From the NCBI GenBank assembly GCA_046262595.1, contig JBHEMM010000005.1:53012-66484 (forward strand): a DNA stretch of 13,473 bases, given 5' to 3'. A model generated the notes under the pieces. It saw only the letters and a list, made by a program, of their open reading frames with translations. It had not been told where the DNA came from and did not search any database. Shown piece by piece: positions 1 through 8,941 of this stretch. The stretch's first letter is position 1; each line of letters starts with the position of its first letter. The DNA comes from Vulcanimicrobiaceae bacterium (GTDB lineage: Bacteria; Vulcanimicrobiota; Vulcanimicrobiia; Vulcanimicrobiales; Vulcanimicrobiaceae). A program made the position numbers and the translations under genes.

Positions 1-96
1 AACGAGTACGACGCAGCGTACGAGGCGTACGAACAAGCGGCGCCCGCGCAAGAAGAGCAAGTCACGACCCTGGCGCAAGCCGAAGCGGGAGTATAA
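1..96 (+). CDS. rpsB: 3' end of a CDS, probably 30S ribosomal protein S2 (acidic, Ala/Glu-rich C-terminal tail), partial
   Basis: Frame 1 reads NEYDAAYEAYEQAAPAQEEQVTTLAQAEAGV* and ends at TAA 94-96, 9 nt before tsf. The assignment rests on the conserved rpsB-tsf order and the typical acidic S2 tail, not on a conserved motif. Confidence 0.7.
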   Translation, partial: NEYDAAYEAYEQAAPAQEEQVTTLAQAEAGV

Positions 97-105
97 GAGC
101 AACTC

Positions 106-1459
<1,354 letters not shown>

Positions 1460-1466
1460 GAACGCC

Positions 1467-2021
1467 ATGCCTGAAACTTTAAAAGACGCGGAAGTCCGCA
1501 TGGAAAAGTGCGTGGAATCCACGCGCGGCGAGTTCGGCTCCATCCGTACGGGGCGTGCCACGCCGGCGCTCTTGGACCGTCTGCATGTCGAAGCCTACGG
1601 CGCCGCCGTCCCGCTCAAGCAAGTCGCAAGTGTGAGCGTACCGGATTCGCGCTCGCTGGTCATTCAAGCGTTCGACCGCAACACCGTTGGCGACATTCGC
1701 AAAGCGATTGAAAAGAGCGATTTGGGGCTTACTCCCAACATCGACGGCAACGCGATTCGCCTTTCAATTCCGCCGCTCAACGAAGACCGCCGCAAAGACC
1801 TCGTGAAAGTGGTCAAGAAAAAGGGCGAAGACGGAAAGATCGCGGTGCGCAACGTGCGCCACAAGATCCATGACGATTTCAAGGTGCAGCTCAAAGAGCA
1901 CAAGATCACCGAAGACGAGAGCAAGCGCATGCAGGACCAACTGCAGAAGCTCACCGACAAATTCATCAAGGAGATCGATAGCCTGGTGAACGCGAAAGAA
2001 AAAGAGATCATGGAGGTCTAG
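1467..2021 (+). CDS. frr: Ribosome recycling factor
   Basis: IRTGRATPALLD, SDLGLTPNIDG, IPPLNEDRRKDLVK, KIAVRNVR and KEKEIMEV C-terminus. Confidence 0.98.
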   Translation: MPETLKDAEVRMEKCVESTRGEFGSIRTGRATPALLDRLHVEAYGAAVPLKQVASVSVPDSRSLVIQAFDRNTVGDIRKAIEKSDLGLTPNIDGNAIRLSIPPLNEDRRKDLVKVVKKKGEDGKIAVRNVRHKIHDDFKVQLKEHKITEDESKRMQDQLQKLTDKFIKEIDSLVNAKEKEIMEV

Positions 2022-2026
2022 CGCGG

Positions 2027-2224
2027 ATGGTACCGCCCGAAGACCTCGTTCTGATGCCGGAAACCGATGCGCGCCGCGCCCTTGCAGGCGCGCGCCTGCG
2101 CTTACGCGTCTTGGCACCGTTCGGAGCGTTCGCGGGCCGCGGCATCTTGCGCGTTTTGCGCCCGGCTGTACTTGGCGAAGAGATCGAGCTCATTTGCGGG
2201 TATGAGTCGTACGAACCGCTATGA
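2027..2224 (+). CDS. Small 65-aa protein, possibly a single PASTA-like domain
   Basis: Fills the frr-uppS gap. GGAGG at 2012-2016 lies 10 nt before the ATG, and the stop overlaps the uppS start (ATGA, 2221-2224). The N-terminus PEDLVLMPETDARRAL resembles the PASTA start pattern P-D-(L/V)-x-G-x4-A-x3-L. Confidence 0.7.
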   Translation: MVPPEDLVLMPETDARRALAGARLRLRVLAPFGAFAGRGILRVLRPAVLGEEIELICGYESYEPL

Positions 2225-2967
2225 CTATCGCTGGCGTTATTCCGGCATTGGCCGCTCAACTCGATCCCGCGCGTTTGCCGCAGCATATTGCGATCATTAT
2301 GGACGGCAACCGCCGCTGGGCGAAAGACCGCGGCCTGCCCGCAATCGAGGGGCACCGCCGCGGAATGGTGACGCTTCGCCACGTCACGCGCGCCGCCAGC
2401 GACCTGGGCATCAAGGCGCTCACGGTATACGGTTTCTCCACGGAAAATTGGCGGCGCGAGGCGAGCGAGATCTCGCTGCTGCTCGATCTGTGCGTCTACT
2501 TCGCGCAGAACGAGCTGAACGAGCTGTGCCGGAACAACGTGCGCGTGGAAGTCATCGGAGCGTACCGCGCGCTGCCCCCCCATTCGCGCGCCGCATTGGA
2601 AACGCTCAAGGAACGGACGGTCTCCAACACCGGCCTGCTTTTGAATCTGGCAGTGAATTACAGCGCCCGCAGTGAGCTGCAACGCGCCGTGGGAACGATC
2701 GCTGCCGAGGTCGCAGCCGGCCGCCTTCACCCCGACGCTATCGACGAACATTTGATTGCCTCATACCTCTATACGGGGCACTTGCCCGACCCGGACCTGT
2801 TGATCCGGCCCGGCGGCGAACACCGCCTTTCGAACTTCCTGCTCTACCAGGTGGCGTATACCGAGCTCGTGATGACGGACGTGTACTGGCCCGACTTCGA
2901 CAAGGACGAGTTCGTTCGGGCGCTCATCGAGTATCAAAGGCGCCAGCGGCGCTTCGGGGGCGCATGA
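2221..2967 (+). CDS. uppS: Undecaprenyl diphosphate synthase (cis-prenyltransferase)
   Basis: HIAIIMDGNRRWA, GHRRG, YGFSTENWRR, PDPDLLIR.GGE.RLSNFLL.Q, YWPDF and RRFGG motifs. Confidence 0.97.
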   Translation: MTIAGVIPALAAQLDPARLPQHIAIIMDGNRRWAKDRGLPAIEGHRRGMVTLRHVTRAASDLGIKALTVYGFSTENWRREASEISLLLDLCVYFAQNELNELCRNNVRVEVIGAYRALPPHSRAALETLKERTVSNTGLLLNLAVNYSARSELQRAVGTIAAEVAAGRLHPDAIDEHLIASYLYTGHLPDPDLLIRPGGEHRLSNFLLYQVAYTELVMTDVYWPDFDKDEFVRALIEYQRRQRRFGGA

Positions 2968-3809
2968 GCGCCGCGGCCGGTACGCCCGCCGTGCCCGCGC
3001 ATCCCATCACCAGCCGCCGCATCGTCGTGGGCGTCGCGCTCGCAATCGTTGGCCTGAGCTGCGTCTTTTACGAGCCGGCGTTTTATCTTTTGCTGCTCGT
3101 GCTCGGCATGACGATGCTCTTTGAGCTCTCGCGCCTGTGCGACATCAAGGGCCAGCCGCTCGAGATTCACGTCGCGGTTGCGGGCGTCGCCGGTTATCTG
3201 GCATTAGCGGTCTCGGGCCTTATGGCGAAGTGGGAAGGCGCGCTGCTGGCGTCGATCATCCTCGCGGCGTTTTGGCTGGGAATGTACGGCGATCGCGATC
3301 GCTATTTTTCACGCACGGCGCACACACTGCTGGCCGTTTTATATTTGGGCAAGCTGATCACGTATTTCGTTTTCATTCGTGAGCTGCCCGGTATCGGCTG
3401 CGCCATGACCATCTATGTGATCGTGCTCATCGCGCTCACCGACGTCTTTGCGATGCTGATCGGTTCGGCGGCGGGCCGCCATCAGCTCACGAAGGTGTCT
3501 CCGAAGAAAACTGTCGAAGGTTCGCTGGGCGCCATCGCGATCGTTACCGTTCTTGGCGCGCTGGCTGCAGCGCTGCCGCTGCTGCACGTGAGTTGGGCGC
3601 AGGGCGCGATTCTCGGCGCGGTGACGTGCGCCGCCGCGCAAGCCGGCGACTTGGTCGAGTCCGCCCTCAAACGCGACGCCGGCGTCAAGGACACGGGAAC
3701 GGTCATACAGGGACACGGCGGCGTGCTCGACCGTTTCGATTCGTATTTGTTCGGCGGCATGGCGTTCTTCGCGACGCTCCATGTCATCGGCGCGGTGCCG
3801 CTTGGCTGA
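2964..3809 (+). CDS. cdsA: Phosphatidate cytidylyltransferase
   Basis: Multi-pass hydrophobic protein with SPKKTVEG, GDLVESALKRDAGVKD and GHGGVLDRFDS motifs; ATGA overlap with uppS. Confidence 0.96.
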   Translation: MSAAAGTPAVPAHPITSRRIVVGVALAIVGLSCVFYEPAFYLLLLVLGMTMLFELSRLCDIKGQPLEIHVAVAGVAGYLALAVSGLMAKWEGALLASIILAAFWLGMYGDRDRYFSRTAHTLLAVLYLGKLITYFVFIRELPGIGCAMTIYVIVLIALTDVFAMLIGSAAGRHQLTKVSPKKTVEGSLGAIAIVTVLGALAAALPLLHVSWAQGAILGAVTCAAAQAGDLVESALKRDAGVKDTGTVIQGHGGVLDRFDSYLFGGMAFFATLHVIGAVPLG

Positions 3810-4953
3810 GCGTCGACGCGTTGCTATCCTGGGCAGCACCGGCTCGATCGGCACGCAAGCGCTCGACGTTATCGCGCGCAATCGCGATCGTTTCGACGTC
3901 GTCGCTTTGGCGGCGGGTAAGCAGACGGAGAAGCTTGCGGCGCAAGCGCGACATTTCGGCGCGGCGATCGTTGCAAGCCCGGCCGACGGAGCGGCGGGCC
4001 TGCTGCGCGTGGCACTTGATTCGCAGCCGGATATCGTTTTAGCCGCGACGGATGGATTCGTTTCGTTCGACGCCGTCTTTGCCGCGGTCCAGCGCGGAAC
4101 CGATGTCGCGGTCGCGAACAAAGAACTGATCGTCGCGGCCGGCGAGCTGCTGAGCGCGAGCGCCAACCAAAGCGGAGCCAAGCTGGTGCCGGTCGATTCC
4201 GAACACTCAGCGATCTTTCAGTGTCTGGCCGGTGAAGATCCCGCGCGCGTGCAGAGTATCATTTTAACGGCCTCGGGCGGTCCGTTTCGCGAGAAAACCG
4301 CCGACGATATGCGCGACGCCACGCTGGAAGCGGCGCTTGCGCATCCGACGTGGCGCATGGGCGTGAAGAACACGATCGATTCGGCCACCATGATGAACAA
4401 AGGCCTGGAAGTGATCGAGGCGAGCCGCTTGTTCGGCATAGCGGGCGACCGCATTCAGATTCTCGTGCATCCGGAGTCGATCGCGCACGGGCTCGTGCTG
4501 TTCACCGACGGAAGTGTGAAGATCCAAGCCGCTGCGCCCGACATGCGCATCGCGATCGGCTACGCGCTGGCATATCCCGACCGGCTGGGGCGGCAAGATT
4601 TCACGCCGGCCGACCCGCTCGCGGCGGCGGGCGCGCATCCCGAGGCGGCTTCGCTGCGTTATACCTTTGAACGGGTCGATCCGGTGAGGTTCCCGTGCAT
4701 CCGTCTGGCTTACGCGGCCTTGGCGGCAGGCGGTACGGCCCCCGCCGTGCTTTCGGCAGCCAACGAAATCGCCGTGGCGGCGTTCGTCGAAGGCGCGATC
4801 CGCTTCGGATCCATCGCCGACGTGGTCGAACGGGTGCTGGGGCAAGCCCCGGCGGAAGAGCTTTCTCTGAGCGGCGTCCGGCGCGCGGACGCCCGCGCGC
4901 GCGAACTTGCGACCGCCGCCGTCACAACGCTGTGCAGCAGCATCGAGGTATAA
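3802..4953 (+). CDS. dxr: 1-deoxy-D-xylulose 5-phosphate reductoisomerase; probable TTG start at 3802 (ORF track starts at ATG 3781)
   Basis: ILGSTGSIGTQ, ANKE, PVDSEHSAIFQCL, LTASGGPF, HPTWRMG..TIDSATMMNKGLEVIEA and AANEIAV motifs. Confidence 0.96.
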   Translation: MAERRRVAILGSTGSIGTQALDVIARNRDRFDVVALAAGKQTEKLAAQARHFGAAIVASPADGAAGLLRVALDSQPDIVLAATDGFVSFDAVFAAVQRGTDVAVANKELIVAAGELLSASANQSGAKLVPVDSEHSAIFQCLAGEDPARVQSIILTASGGPFREKTADDMRDATLEAALAHPTWRMGVKNTIDSATMMNKGLEVIEASRLFGIAGDRIQILVHPESIAHGLVLFTDGSVKIQAAAPDMRIAIGYALAYPDRLGRQDFTPADPLAAAGAHPEAASLRYTFERVDPVRFPCIRLAYAALAAGGTAPAVLSAANEIAVAAFVEGAIRFGSIADVVERVLGQAPAEELSLSGVRRADARARELATAAVTTLCSSIEV

Positions 4954-6099
4954 GTGTTCATTCTGGCCCTCGTCTCCGTCGCGGCGATTCTCAAGGTGGT
5001 TCTTTTTGTGGCCGTGCTTTCGGTGCTAATCGTGCTCCACGAGTACGGGCACTTCATCGTGGCCCGCTGGAACGGCGTGCGGGTACTGGAATTTTCCGTT
5101 GGCATGGGCCCGCTGCTCGCCTCGCTCAAGAGCAAACGCAGCGGGACGCAGTACTCGCTGCGCGCGTTTCCAATCGGCGGCTACTGCGCGATGCACGGCG
5201 AGGACAACAAAACATCGGAGGCCGGCCAGCAGCGCGAGTTCCGGCAGACGGTCACGGTCAACGAACGCGAATACGACGAAGACAACTTTCAGGCGAAGAG
5301 CGGATGGCGCCGCTTCGGGATCGTTCTGGCGGGGCCGGTCGCGAATTTTATTCTTGCCTTCGCGATTCTGCTGATAGCAGCGATCGCATTCGGCGTGCCC
5401 TCGAAATCCGCGTATCCGGGCGTCGGACCGCTGGTGGCGGGAATGCCCGCCGAACGCGCCGGCATCCGGTCGGGCGATTTGATCGTGGCCGTGAACGGCA
5501 AACCGTACACCGATGCGCTCAAACTCGTTGATTTCATTCACAAGTCGCGCGGGAAAAAACTTGCCGTGACGTACGCTCGCGCCGGCCTGCAGAAAACCGT
5601 TACCGTCACCCCGGCCTCGTGCCCGCCTCCGCAAAACGGACAGGGGTGTATCGGCTTTAAAGAGTTCAGCCCGTATGTGCATGTCGGTTTCGTTGAAGCG
5701 GTCAAAGAATCCGGCGCCGATTTTGCGATGATCGCGCAGCAGACGTTCGGCAGTTTGGCGATGCTGGTTTCGCACCCCGTCAAGTACGGGGGCCAGGTTT
5801 CCGGAGTGGTCGGCATGGGTCAAGCGGCCGTCGCGATTCAAGACTTCGGCTGGGGGCCTTACTTCTTTTTCGCAGCGCTGATTTCGTTTGCGCTCGGCGT
5901 GTTCAATCTGCTGCCGCTTCCCGCGCTCGACGGCGGGCGTGCGGCGTTCATCGTCGGCGAACTGGTTCGCGGAAAACCCGTTGACCCGGAGAAAGAAGCG
6001 TGGGTGCATATCACCGGCTTCGCGGTCCTCATCGCGCTCATGCTCGTCATCAACTTTTATAACGTCGTGCAAATCGTTCAAGGCAAAGGACCGTTCTAG
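4954..6099 (+). CDS. rseP: M50 family intramembrane Zn metalloprotease with one PDZ domain (RseP/RasP)
   Basis: HEYGH Zn motif, FSVGMGP, PIGGYC, AGPVANF, a PDZ segment (PAERAGIRSGDLIVAVNG) and NLLPLPALDGG. The GTG start follows the dxr TAA directly, with GAGGT at 4945-4949. Confidence 0.94.
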   Translation: MFILALVSVAAILKVVLFVAVLSVLIVLHEYGHFIVARWNGVRVLEFSVGMGPLLASLKSKRSGTQYSLRAFPIGGYCAMHGEDNKTSEAGQQREFRQTVTVNEREYDEDNFQAKSGWRRFGIVLAGPVANFILAFAILLIAAIAFGVPSKSAYPGVGPLVAGMPAERAGIRSGDLIVAVNGKPYTDALKLVDFIHKSRGKKLAVTYARAGLQKTVTVTPASCPPPQNGQGCIGFKEFSPYVHVGFVEAVKESGADFAMIAQQTFGSLAMLVSHPVKYGGQVSGVVGMGQAAVAIQDFGWGPYFFFAALISFALGVFNLLPLPALDGGRAAFIVGELVRGKPVDPEKEAWVHITGFAVLIALMLVINFYNVVQIVQGKGPF

Positions 6100-7241
6100 T
6101 GATTAGGCTGCGCCGTCAAAGCAAACCGGTGTTCTTGCAAAACAAGACGGGCAAGGATGATGCAAAGTCGGTGTGGATCGGCGGCGAACACCCGGTGGTC
6201 GTGCAGACGATGACGACAACCGACACGGGCGATGCCGACGCGACCCTCGAGCAGATCTACGGTCTTGCGATGGAAGGCGCCGAGGTCGTGCGCGTCACCG
6301 TTAAAGATGCGCCCGACGCTGCGGCGATGCCCGCGATCGTCCACCGCTCGCCGGTGCCCATCGTCGCCGACATTCATTTCGATCACAAGATGGCGCTTGC
6401 AGCCATCGACGCCGGCGTCGCAAAGCTGCGTTTGAACCCGGGCAACATCCGGGATCCGAAAAAGACGGCCGAAGTGGTCCAGGCGGCAAAAGCAAAGGGC
6501 ATACCGATCCGCATCGGCGTGAACATGGGCTCGCTGGCGCCGGACCTTGAGAAGACGCTCGGGCTCACGCCTGAAGCGATGGTCGAATCGGCTCTACGCC
6601 ACGTGCAAATATTAGAGGAGCTGGATCACCGCGACATCGTCATCTCGCTCAAAGCGCACGACGTCACGAACACGGTGCATGCGTACCGTCTCATGGACAA
6701 GCGGCTGCGCGAACGCGACACGCCGTACGCCTTGCATTTAGGTATCACCGAAGCGGGACTGCTGCGCGACGGAACGATCAAATCGTCGATCGGTTTGGGG
6801 ATTCTGCTGTTCGAGGGCATCGGCGACACGATCCGCGTCTCGCTCGCCGCAGATCCGATAGAAGAAGTGCCGGTCTGCTGGTCGATCCTTAAATCACTCG
6901 GTCTGCGCGAAAAAGGCTTCGAGATCACCGCATGTCCCTCGTGCGGCCGCGCCGAGATCAGCGTCCTGGAGCTCGGCCGCAGCGTGGAGGCGATCGCGAA
7001 ACAATATACCGCGCCGGTGAAGGTCGCCGTGATGGGCTGCGTCGTTAACGGTCCGGGCGAGTCGAAGATGGCGGACGTGGGTGTGGCCGGCGGCAAAGGC
7101 AAGGGCGCGATCTACCGGGCGGGCGAATTAGTGGGAACATTTCCCGAAGAGCAGCTCTTGGGAGCGCTCCGCCTGGAAATCGAGAAAGTGATCGCCGAAA
7201 AGTATCCTGAGTACCTTCATGAGATATCAGCCGCCGTCTAA
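6099..7241 (+). CDS. ispG: (E)-4-hydroxy-3-methylbut-2-enyl diphosphate synthase (GcpE, two-domain type)
   Basis: VVVQTMT, PIVADIHFD, RLNPGNI, IRIGVNMGSL, LHLGITEAG, GIGDTIRVSL, CPSCGR and VMGCVVNGPGE (4Fe-4S ligands); TAGTG overlap with rseP. Confidence 0.97.
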   Translation: MIRLRRQSKPVFLQNKTGKDDAKSVWIGGEHPVVVQTMTTTDTGDADATLEQIYGLAMEGAEVVRVTVKDAPDAAAMPAIVHRSPVPIVADIHFDHKMALAAIDAGVAKLRLNPGNIRDPKKTAEVVQAAKAKGIPIRIGVNMGSLAPDLEKTLGLTPEAMVESALRHVQILEELDHRDIVISLKAHDVTNTVHAYRLMDKRLRERDTPYALHLGITEAGLLRDGTIKSSIGLGILLFEGIGDTIRVSLAADPIEEVPVCWSILKSLGLREKGFEITACPSCGRAEISVLELGRSVEAIAKQYTAPVKVAVMGCVVNGPGESKMADVGVAGGKGKGAIYRAGELVGTFPEEQLLGALRLEIEKVIAEKYPEYLHEISAAV

Positions 7242-7692
7242 GCGCACGCTGCTCACTACCGCCGGGATCGCGATCGTGGCTGCGCTGACGTTTGCCCTAG
7301 CGAAACCCGTTGAAATGCGCGTGGACGGGCAGCCCCTGATCAGCGACGTTCCGCCGGTGACTTCCGTGAAGGGTGCGGTCTTCGTACCGCTGCGTCCCGT
7401 GGGCGACGCGCTCGGCGCAGACACGGCTTACGACCGCAAGTCGGGCGAAATCGTCGTCACGCGCGGCGATCAGATCCTTCGTCTGCGCGTGGGCTCGATC
7501 CACGCCAAATTGAACGGCATGCCGATGACGCTCAAACAGCCGCCGTTTCGCGTGCGCGGCCGCGTGATGCTCGGGCTGCGTGCGATGCAGCGCGCATTCG
7601 GCGTGCGCGTGAAGTTTGACAAGATGACGGCGCGGGTCGAGGTCGATACCCCCGGCCTGTCCTCGACCGACTCCCGGTTCCAAACGCAGTAA
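7219..7692 (+). CDS. Exported or membrane-anchored copper amine oxidase N-terminal (stalk) domain protein
   Basis: Basic then hydrophobic N-terminus (KRTLLTTAGIAIVAALTFALA), followed by VDG...DVPP...G.VFVPLRPV..ALGA..AYD and L.VGS..A.LNG....L..PP....GRVM..LR....AFG..V.FD, a pattern typical of this domain. Overlaps ispG by 23 nt. Confidence 0.85.
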   Translation: MRYQPPSKRTLLTTAGIAIVAALTFALAKPVEMRVDGQPLISDVPPVTSVKGAVFVPLRPVGDALGADTAYDRKSGEIVVTRGDQILRLRVGSIHAKLNGMPMTLKQPPFRVRGRVMLGLRAMQRAFGVRVKFDKMTARVEVDTPGLSSTDSRFQTQ

Positions 7693-7709
7693 ACCGCGCA
7701 GACGCAGCG

Positions 7710-8569
7710 GTGAAGATCGTCTCGCTGCTGCCCAGCGCAACGGAGATTCTTTTCGCGATCGGCGCCGGCCCCGACGTCGTCGGCATCACGCATGAATGTG
7801 ATTTCCCGCCCGAGGCGCAGCGTCTTCCGGCGGTGACGTCGTCCGCCTTACCGCATGCTGCCGCTCCCGGCGCGATCGACCGGCACGTCCGGCGCAGCCT
7901 GCATTCCGGATCGAGCTTGTATCATTTGGACGCGGAGCGGCTCGCACGGATCGAGCCGGATCTCATCGTCACGCAAGAACTGTGCAAGGTCTGCGCCGTC
8001 TCGTACGAGATCGTCGAACGGGCGGCGCGCTGGCTATCGAGCGATCCGCGCGTCGTGTCGCTCGAGCCGTCGTCGCTTGAGGACGTGTATGCCAACATCG
8101 AGACGCTGGGCAAGCTGTGCGGGCGTCAGCAAGGCGCGCACGACCTACTCACCGCGCTGCGCGCGCGCCACGAGCGCCTGCTCGTCAACCGCCCGCGGCC
8201 ATGCCGAAGCGCCGCGTTCTGCTGCTCGAATGGACCGACCCGCCAATGACGGCGGGCCACTGGACGCCCGGCCTGATCGAAGCGGCGGGCGGCGATCCGG
8301 TGCTCGGGCATGCGGGGAAGAACTCGCAAGCCGTCACGTTTGAAGCCATCGAGGCGGCGGACCCTGAGGTCATCGTCCTGGCGCCGTGCGGTTTCGGTAT
8401 GGACAAGACGCGAGAGTGCTTGCGAGATTTGGAGCGGCTGCCACAGTGGCAGGGCTTGCGTGCGGTGCGGTCCGGCAGCGTTGCGTGCGTGGACGGCAGC
8501 GCTTACGTGAACCGCCCCGGCCCGCGCCTCGTCGACACGATCGAGATCCTCGCGGACATTCTGCGCTGA
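7710..8569 (+). pseudogene. BtuF/TroA-like (class III helical-backbone) cobalamin-binding-like protein split by a -1 frameshift near 8180-8200; pseudogene, sequencing error or split gene
   Basis: The frame starting at GTG 7710 gives MKIVSLLPSATEIL..VVGITHECDFP..PDLIVTQELCKVCAV..LEPSSLEDV. A second frame (ATG 8201) continues PKRRVLLLEWTDPP..AGHWTP..DPEVIVLAPCGF..VDGSAYVNRPGPRLVDTIEILA. Adding one base would restore a 286-aa protein. Confidence 0.85.
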
Positions 8570-8581
8570 GGCCCGCGGCCG

Positions 8582-8896
8582 CTATTTTTTGCGCGAAGCG
8601 GTTTTTTTGCGTCCTGCGGTTTTCTTGCGGCCCCCGCTTTTCTTGCCGGCTGCTTCCAACTGCTGCGTGATGCCTGCCAAAACAACGGCGCCCGTTTCCA
8701 GCGCCCGTCCGGTCGTCATCATCGTTTCCGCAACCTTTTGCGCGCGCTTCGGCGCGGCGGTTGCCGCCTTTTTCACGCCTTTGGCGGCCGAGGCCGCTCC
8801 GCGCTTCACTTTGCTCACGGGCGACTTTTTCGCGACGCCCGTCTGCTTACGCGCGGTGGTCTTTTTGCGCCCCGCGTTTGATTTTTTAACTGCCAT
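8582..8896 (-). CDS. Small, highly basic Lys/Ala-rich protein (histone H1-like, putative nucleoid-associated)
   Basis: 104 aa with 22 K + 8 R, only 3 E and no aromatic residues; GRKKT repeats at both ends. It fills the gap between the BtuF-like gene and the permease. Confidence 0.75.
   Translation of the reverse strand: MAVKKSNAGRKKTTARKQTGVAKKSPVSKVKRGAASAAKGVKKAATAAPKRAQKVAETMMTTGRALETGAVVLAGITQQLEAAGKKSGGRKKTAGRKKTASRKK
8585..8650 (-). repeat. Degenerate ~18-nt coding tandem repeat encoding AGKKS-GGRKKT-AGRKKT-ASRKK
   Basis: The + strand shows periodic ttttttgcg / ttttcttgc units that match the 6-residue peptide repeat. Confidence 0.7.
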
Positions 8897-8931
8897 AAAA
8901 GCAGCATTCCCTAAAAGCGCACTTTCACTGC
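8897..8931 (-). promoter_or_regulatory. Degenerate sigma-H-like promoter candidate, GCAGT-N17-GAAT-N9-ATG
   Basis: The minus strand reads GCAGTgaaagtgcgcttttaggGAATgctgcttttATG. The -35 element is imperfect. Confidence 0.35.
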
Positions 8932-8941
8932 AAGGATCCCG

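Noticed and set aside
7790..7802. Possible selenocysteine at the HECD motif of the BtuF-like protein
   Set aside because: The codon is TGT (Cys), with no in-frame TGA.
8570..8592. GGCC-CGC-GGCC followed by a T run, as a possible intrinsic terminator
   Set aside because: The stem is only 4 bp, and the T run is explained by Lys codons of the antisense H1-like gene.
8585..8650. Periodic T-rich repeats as a CRISPR or non-coding repeat array
   Set aside because: They are degenerate 18-nt coding repeats with no spacers and no cas genes.
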